DNA of 20,000 nucleotides from Paramecium tetraurelia (Eukaryota): NCBI GenBank assembly GCA_000165425.1, contig CT868023.1, positions 242,488 to 262,487 of the forward strand, read 5' to 3'. Shown piece by piece: positions 13,526 to 20,000 of this stretch (position 1 is its first letter; each line of letters starts with the position of its first letter). The notes under the pieces were generated by a model. It saw only the letters and a program-made list of their open reading frames with translations, ran no database searches and was not told where the DNA came from. The position numbers and the translations under genes were made by a program.

Positions 13526-14494
13526 AAAAACAATGTTCAAGGACAAAAAACCACAAACCATTGAGGATTACACTTAAATTCCAGGTCTATACTAAATTGA
13601 ACTAAATGCAGATACTCAGGTTTCTGCATATGAAAATAATAATGAAAAAAAGAATCAAAGAAAATTTTGATAATATAATACAGAGATCATAAATCGGAAT
13701 TTAGCAAAATTTACTTGATTAAATCTAATTTTCTAAAAGTTTAATTAAAATCAGATAAAGGTCTTCATTATTTGTAATTTAGCAGGCAGAAATTGATGAG
13801 CAGAAATCCAAATTTTAAATTTTTAAAAAGTAGAAGCTATAGCTCATTTTTTGATAAGATACATCATTTATGAAATAAGGAGATAAATTTATTAGATGCG
13901 ATCTGAATTACAATACTGAATTAAGAACATAGCTTCTCCAAATTAATACTGTAATTACAATTAATTAATGTTTTATTTAAGGGTAACAAATCAGGATCAG
14001 AATTTGGAGTTAATATGGTATATACAAGACCCCAATGAAAAAAATATGCTTCGCATCAAGAAGCCAGAGTTATTAACATTTTTTTATAAGAAAACTAATT
14101 GGTTGGATAATTTTGTTTCTTACTTTTGAATTTCATCTTCCACTAAATCTACCTTGTATATTTAGCTGAAGATTGCTCAGTAATATCAACACCTAAATTC
14201 TATTAATGACATTGATATAAAAAGGGTCTAATAATGAGAATAAAAATAAACTCCTTCAGAAATTGAAAAAGGTTAGAAAAATATAGATTGAGAATCTGAT
14301 TAAACGGTATGGGGTATTGATTACTCAGCTGTTTTAATTTAGAATTTTGGATGTGATTAAATTTAATTTTGAATGGTATTAGCAGTAGGATGATGTAAGG
14401 ATAATTATCTAATAATAAGTCCTTATAAGAAGATAATTCCTTGTTGGTACCTATATCCAGCCATTTATATTATAGATATCTGTTTCTCCAATAG

Positions 14495-14644
14495 NNNNNN
14501 NNNNNNNNNNNNNNNNNNNNNNNNNNNNNNNNNNNNNNNNNNNNNNNNNNNNNNNNNNNNNNNNNNNNNNNNNNNNNNNNNNNNNNNNNNNNNNNNNNNN
14601 NNNNNNNNNNNNNNNNNNNNNNNNNNNNNNNNNNNNNNNNNNNN
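14495..14644. other. Assembly gap (150 N)
   Basis: Run of N. Confidence 0.98.
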
Positions 14645-15171
14645 AAAAAAATGGGGAAATTAAAAGGAACTATACTATTTTTATGAAAATTATGCGTTAA
14701 AAAAAAAATTGAATAATATTTCTTATTTAAGTTGTTGAGTGCGAATAGAAAAATAAAAAAAAAATAAAAAATAATGCTAAAAAATAGGATTTCCAATTGA
14801 AAAAGAAGATCTAGAGCAATCGAAAAGGAATCAAATTGAAGCTTTTAAAATTTATAAAAAAATCTTTATAAATAATTTTAAAATGCAAAATGTTAATGGC
14901 TGGCTATTCGAGTTTAGAAATTGAATTTTGCCAACCATGTCTTGAGGAAACCAGAGACATTAAAGATTTATAATTTTATCTAGCAGTTAGAGTAATGGCG
15001 CTTCATTTAATTCTATTTATCAACTTTTCAATAAATCAGAACCAACTTGTATAATTAGATGTATTTAAATCAGGAAGTTGCTAAATAAGTAAAATTAAAT
15101 TGAAGGCGATTTTGAAAAATATTCTAAATACAAATCAAGAAGATCTAATCCTGATTTTAATCTTATTTGAA

Positions 15172-15191
15172 TGAGTGAGTGAGTGAGTGAG
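15172..15191 (+). repeat. (TGAG)5 microsatellite
   Basis: tgagtgagtgagtgagtgag read directly. Confidence 0.9.
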
Positions 15192-15687
15192 ATGTAAACT
15201 AATACTTTAAAATTAAATTGTAATCATACTAAACTGAATAATTAAATTTCGCTAGCTATTACACCATAGAGTATGTTACTATAAATTCTATTCATACTCC
15301 ATTTAAAAAAATCAGGACTCTCCACCAAAACAAGTCTTCATAAAAATTGAAAGATTAAACTGATGTAGTTTATGATTCATTAATAAAAATCTCTAGTGAG
15401 TAGCTGGGATAATCACAGTAAGAATAATAAATGATTATAGTTTAACCTCTTATTCATACATTTTGTTAGTAGCATTTACAATTCAAATAATTTTTTAATA
15501 AATGTGAGTAGCTAAAATAAAGGAGAATTTGTAAATAATATCTATATGTAAAAAATATGGGATGTAATTTTGTGTGTTTGTAATAAAAGAACTTTTTATT
15601 ATTCATTAATAAAAAGGCACAACAATATCAGGTTGAAAAATCATTTTTATACTGGCGTTGATTTATAATTTTTAAATTTTCTTAAAA

Positions 15688-18600
15688 ATGTTAGGCTTAT
15701 TGAATAAAGTAACATCTACATTACGTGGAGGTGGTTGTGGATCTGCTAAAATAATTCCCTTCACTGAAGTGGAATTAAAGTCCGATAAATATGAAATAGA
15801 CAATTTAATTACTAGATTTGATTCTTTTGTCTAAATTATATATACTAAAGCAACTGTTGCTGCTAATTAATCAGAAGCTTAAGAGATAATGATAGCAATA
15901 TAATGGTTTATTTTTTAAGAGGAAAACATTTACAAACTCATCAAGAATAAATAATAGGTCAAAAAAACATACAACTTAATAATAGATGGAATTTAAAAAT
16001 TATTGAAAAGTTGTTTCATCTACATCAGAACTGATTCATTCAAATGTTTATTTATCTTAAGAATAACAGCATCTCTCTCTAAAGTGATATTTAGCTTCCA
16101 TATGATAAATGAGTTAAGGTTTATGGGTTTGGGGTTGGGGTTGGGGTTGGGTTTGGGATTGGGTTTGGGGTTTGGGTTTGGGGTTGGGTTTGGGTTTTGG
16201 GTTTGGGGTTTGGGTTTGGGTTAGGAATCGGTTTGGGGNNNNNNNNNNNNNNNNNNNNNNNNNNNNNNNNNNNNNNNNNNNNNNNNNNNNNNNNNNNNNN
16301 NNNNNNNNNNNNNNNNNNNNNNNNNNNNNNNNNNNNNNNNNNNNNNNNNNNNNNNNNNNNNNNNNNNNNNNNNNNNNNNNNNNNNNNNAACTTAAACTTC
16401 TTTTCAGATGGCCCCAAATAATGGTAAAGAAAGGGCTCTTATTTTACAAGGTTGTTTACAGGGTATCATTAACTCAATAATTGATATGAAACCAAGTGTT
16501 GATTTGTTTAAATCATTGTATGACGGAGCCGTCTGGCTATATAATGATTATGCAGCTTAGAAAAATAGATAATAATATGAAGATTATTTTTAAATAGATA
16601 TGTTGTAATGGGAGATTATAAATAATTTGAAAAATGGCAGCTAGAATTTGGAAGAAATACTCTCACGAATTGAGAAAATACATGAAAATCTAGTGAAAAA
16701 TGCAAGTAATTGGAAAAATCATTTTTTGTGGATTTAAATGATTGGAAAAATCATAACTTATCATCCTCTCATAACAAAAAAAAAATTAAATCAGCTAACT
16801 AGCCCTTTCAATTTTGAAACCAAATCAAGGTAAATATGGAAGGAATATCTGAACAAAGGATTTCTAATGTAATTGAATTATAGCAATGACTAAGCTGTAG
16901 TTTTACTTAATTAATTTAAAAATAAAGAATTAACTTAAATTGATAAATTAATACTAGAAGACACTTTCATAGAATGGGAAAACCTCATGTTGCTTAAAGA
17001 TTTCTTAATGAATGAAAAAACTGATAATAACTATTTCACATTTGGTTCGTATTTAAAATTAAAGTTAGGAAGTATAGAACCCTAAGAAAATATATATAAA
17101 TAGGCAGTTTGGCAATATTTAACAATTTCTTGATTTCATCCATTTCTAATAAATTGCTCGCTTTAATTCAGGAAAATTATGATTACTTGGTAGTCATAGT
17201 TAAAAATTATAAAAATTTTATCAAATAAAATAAATATTTTAATGACACAATAGAATAAGCCAAATCTAATTCATAATTAAAAAAAATAAATCTCAACTTC
17301 AAAGGATATTTCCTAAACACTCAAAAAATCATTAAAATTATTAGGCTTTGTTTTAGGAAATAAAATTTTTAGCTAGAATAACTTGAATAGAAAAAGGGTA
17401 ATGAATTCAAAATAGTATAAAAACTGAAATATATTATGAGACTGTTAGAATAAATATTATCATAAGCAATTTAAGATACTAAAGAGAATAGAACTGAACC
17501 TGATGAAAGCAGAGTGATTTAGTAATAGATAGAGTTGATTTAGAAGAAATTATAAAATTTAAATCTAACAGAAAAATAATTTTCCTTCATGAATAAGTTG
17601 AATTAGAAGCTATTTGCCTTACCCAATTATGCTCTTAACTAGAGGAGTTTTTTGAAAGAAGCTCAATGCATGTTAAAACTTATTGAACAAACTGAAAAAT
17701 AAGTCTCAGAGCTAGAAATTTTTTTAATTCAAAAGGATAACTTAATTCAATACTTTAAATTTTAATTGAATAACCTGAATACTTATTATGAACACCAGGT
17801 CTATAAACTCCAAAATTACTTTACTTAATTAAATTTAAGTTTGAAGACATTTCTAATTTTACAATATGAAATAGAGTCAGTTTCATAACCTGAAAAATTA
17901 AAAGAAATTTAATTAAAATATTCTTAAAAAGTTTCATTTTAATGTCTACTCGAATAAAGATTGAACATGTTAAAGCTAAGTTTGAAATTAATTGTTTTCA
18001 AGGAATGCTTTTAAAATATATTAACAATACCATCAAAAGAATTTAAAAAATTACAATATGATATCAATTTAGATGAGTTTCTGATTGATGTAGTTTAGAA
18101 TTATCCAAAACGCATAATGTGCTGTGACAGTTCAATAAAAAGTTAGGCCATTGCAGAATTAAGTAATTTATAAATTACTGAACAAGACTATCAAAATAAT
18201 TTAATTATATTTAAAGGTAGTTTAGAATATCTTATATTGTAATTAACTTTAGAAGAACAAAAGATTGACTTAGAAAGAATAGATTTAGAATAAATTGAAA
18301 AGGAATTTGGAGAATTATTTATAGAAGAAATCAATCCCCCTACTATTACTGAAGTAATAATGAAAATAGTAAAAGATTTTTCAATAGACATTTCATTAAA
18401 CATTATGGAAAATAAATCTCTCAATCAAAATTAATTGAAAATAGAGAAAGAAAAGTATGAGATATTGCTGTAATAATTAAGAAAAATTAACTACTAAGAA
18501 AATTGTGAGGAGGTAGAATAAATGAAGTTACTAATCAGTCAGATTTAAATCGTTTTTCTATTATTGAAAGCTTCCATTAACTAAGACTTAGAAATTTTTA

Positions 18601-20000
18601 GAATGCCAACAATAAAAAAAATGAAAGAATTAAAAGAAAAATTTGATGAATTTAAAAAAAATTATTGTGATATGACCAATAAAACTGATAAAGTTAATCA
18701 AATAATTGTTAAAGATTAAAATAATGATGTCCAACACAAAATTAGATTAAATTTATCAATCATTATTAATGTTCTATAATTATTATTAATAAAAACCAGA
18801 TAAACCAAGCAAAACTTAGTCTAATTCCTTGAAAATGTTAACAATTTTACTAAAAGCCTTGATGTACTTCAAGAATATCACTTGGAGATATATACAAGTT
18901 TTTCAAGTTTTTATTAAAACCACTTAAACTCCTTTAAGGAATAACAATTCACAACTGCTAATTTAAAATAATTGTAAGCAGAAACAAGTAAAGATTGCTT
19001 TTAAAGAATTTAGGTCAAATTGTAAGGTTATAATTTAACAGGTGAAAATAATGTTTAATCAACAAATGTAGTTGATTTTCTCTATTAGTTAATGGCTGAA
19101 GCAAAAGAATAATTAATAAAGTCTAAGTGGAAATTCAAAGAAAATAAGTTTGATCAAGAGTAACTAATTTAATTAACTAAAATAATATACCTACAAGAAA
19201 ATGATGAATATGAATTTTAAACTATTCAATAAGATTTATTCTCTAAAGTTGAATACAATGATGATGAATGGAAAATTAAATAGGGTTTAGTGTTAACAAT
19301 TATTTAGATTTCATAGCAAAGCTTTACAGAAAAAATTACTCGATTTTGTTAAAAAGAGCTAATTTAATTATGGGTTCAAGAAAAAGATCTTAGAGTTAGA
19401 AATCTTCTAAAAAATGAAAAATTGATAAGTCTGTAAATGCAGATTTTCTCGAAAGATTGGTAGACTTAACATGATAGAATTGCAGCAGAAATGTAGAAAA
19501 TGTTGAACAGAATTGATGAATTGTAGGAATAAATTTCTCATGAGGCTAATCTCAACAAGCGAGATATTCAACTAAAAGAACTTGATGAAACGACTGAGCA
19601 ATTAGATTAATAAATTGAAAATATCAGTGAAATGGGTTAATAACTTAGACTGCTAACTGACTTTGTTAATCATATCAGAAAAGGCTTGATTAGAGTGGAG
19701 GGAAAAATCAATGAAATGAAGGAATAACTCAAAAGCCTAGGTAACGATATTAAATTTTTGAGAGGAAAATCTGTTGAATAATTGTTTGAAATTAGAAAAT
19801 GGAAGGTATTGAAAGAAGCTGCAGTTAAAAATGCTAAATCCATTTACATACCATTAGAAACCAAAGAAATATCTCATAAAGGTGAAAAGAAAGAAGATAA
19901 ATTAAGTATTTTAATAAATCTTGAACAAATTGATGATACAAATGGAGAAGTGAATGAGTTTTTATTAAAAAGAGAATCAAACAGTGTTATTAATTCATGG
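15688..20000 (+). CDS. 5' part of a large probable NACHT/STAND P-loop NTPase (NLR-like, Paramecium-expanded NACHT/WD40-type family); interrupted by telomere plus gap, with frame breaks at ~17110 and ~19970; runs off the right edge
   Basis: ATG 15688 follows an AT-rich stretch and reads MLGLLNKVTSTLRGGGCGSAK..., open to 16125. It resumes after the gap (TQTSFQMAPNNGKER...) and is TGA-free from 17109 to the window end. HEAT-like DEWKIKQGLVLTIIQIS..EKDLRVRNLL, then a coiled coil (19480-19750), then KFLRGKSVEQL, SIYIPL, GEVNEFLL and, in the +1 frame, ENQTVLLIHG, the strand that precedes a Walker A. The NTPase core and any WD40 repeats lie outside the window, so the family call is inferred. Confidence 0.75.
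16124..16238 (+). repeat. Paramecium-type telomeric repeat GGG(G/T)TT, G-rich strand on +, i.e. the right end of a macronuclear chromosome
   Basis: Mixed GGGTTT and GGGGTT units, with variants (GGGATT, 7-nt units, GGAATC) mostly in the distal half; abuts an N gap. Confidence 0.95.
16239..16388. other. Assembly gap (150 N) joining the telomere-ended contig to the continuation of the same gene
   Basis: Run of N with coding sequence on both sides. Confidence 0.95.
17072..17103 (+). other. Candidate 32-nt intron (alternative explanation: 1-nt deletion near 17108-17110)
   Basis: GTATAG...AATAG. Removal gives KLG-S-SLAIFNNFL and bypasses the in-frame TGA at 17131-17133. Length is at the upper end of the Paramecium range. 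Confidence 0.4.

Larger units (their letters stand above)
12830..15175. pseudogene. Degenerate coding-like fragments split by assembly gaps; product unassigned
   Basis: Short protein-like + strand stretches (e.g. KTMFKDKKPQTIEDYTQIPGLYQIELNADTQV from 13527; MLMAGYSSLEIEFCQPCLEETRDIKDLQ from ~14890) are interrupted by TGA and frame changes. No coherent gene model on either strand. Confidence 0.25.

Noticed and set aside
16124..16238. CRISPR array or other prokaryotic repeat
   Set aside because: It is a simple hexameric telomere repeat with no spacers, in eukaryotic intron-containing DNA.
13290..16480. ORFs containing X runs and GLGLG/PNPNP repeats
   Set aside because: They arise from translating N gaps and telomeric repeats. 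Only the first part of 16003-16224 is real, as a piece of the 15688 gene.
18191..18424. 77-aa minus-strand ORF
   Set aside because: Antisense to the long + strand frame of the NTPase gene.
19755..19770. FLRGK as a second ubiquitin-like cleavage site
   Set aside because: It lacks the diglycine and appears to be part of the pre-NTPase helix.

Overview
AT-rich ciliate DNA, most likely a Paramecium macronuclear scaffold. The evidence is long reading frames only when TAA/TAG are read as Gln and TGA as the sole stop, 22-25 nt GT..AG introns, and mixed GGGTTT/GGGGTT telomeric repeats. The supplied standard-code ORF track is therefore largely spurious. Two large + strand genes dominate. (1) 1721-12687 is a 7-exon, ~3609-aa surface receptor: signal peptide, two LamG-like domains, ~16 higher-order Cys-rich repeats, REJ-like region, EGF, a GPS motif lacking the autoproteolytic residues, and 5 TM helices. 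It resembles the N-terminal half of polycystin-1 without PLAT or channel domains. (2) 15688 to >20000 is the 5' part of a probable NACHT/STAND NTPase whose N-terminus carries a ubiquitin-tail mimic followed by a cryptic acylation signal (LRGG|GCGSAK). This gene is interrupted after codon 146 by a de novo telomere, yet resumes after the scaffold gap, which suggests a heterogeneous chromosome-fragmentation site inside the gene. Between the two genes is a gap-ridden, degenerate-looking 3 kb stretch. All translations were done by eye; family assignments rest on motif recognition, not database searches.
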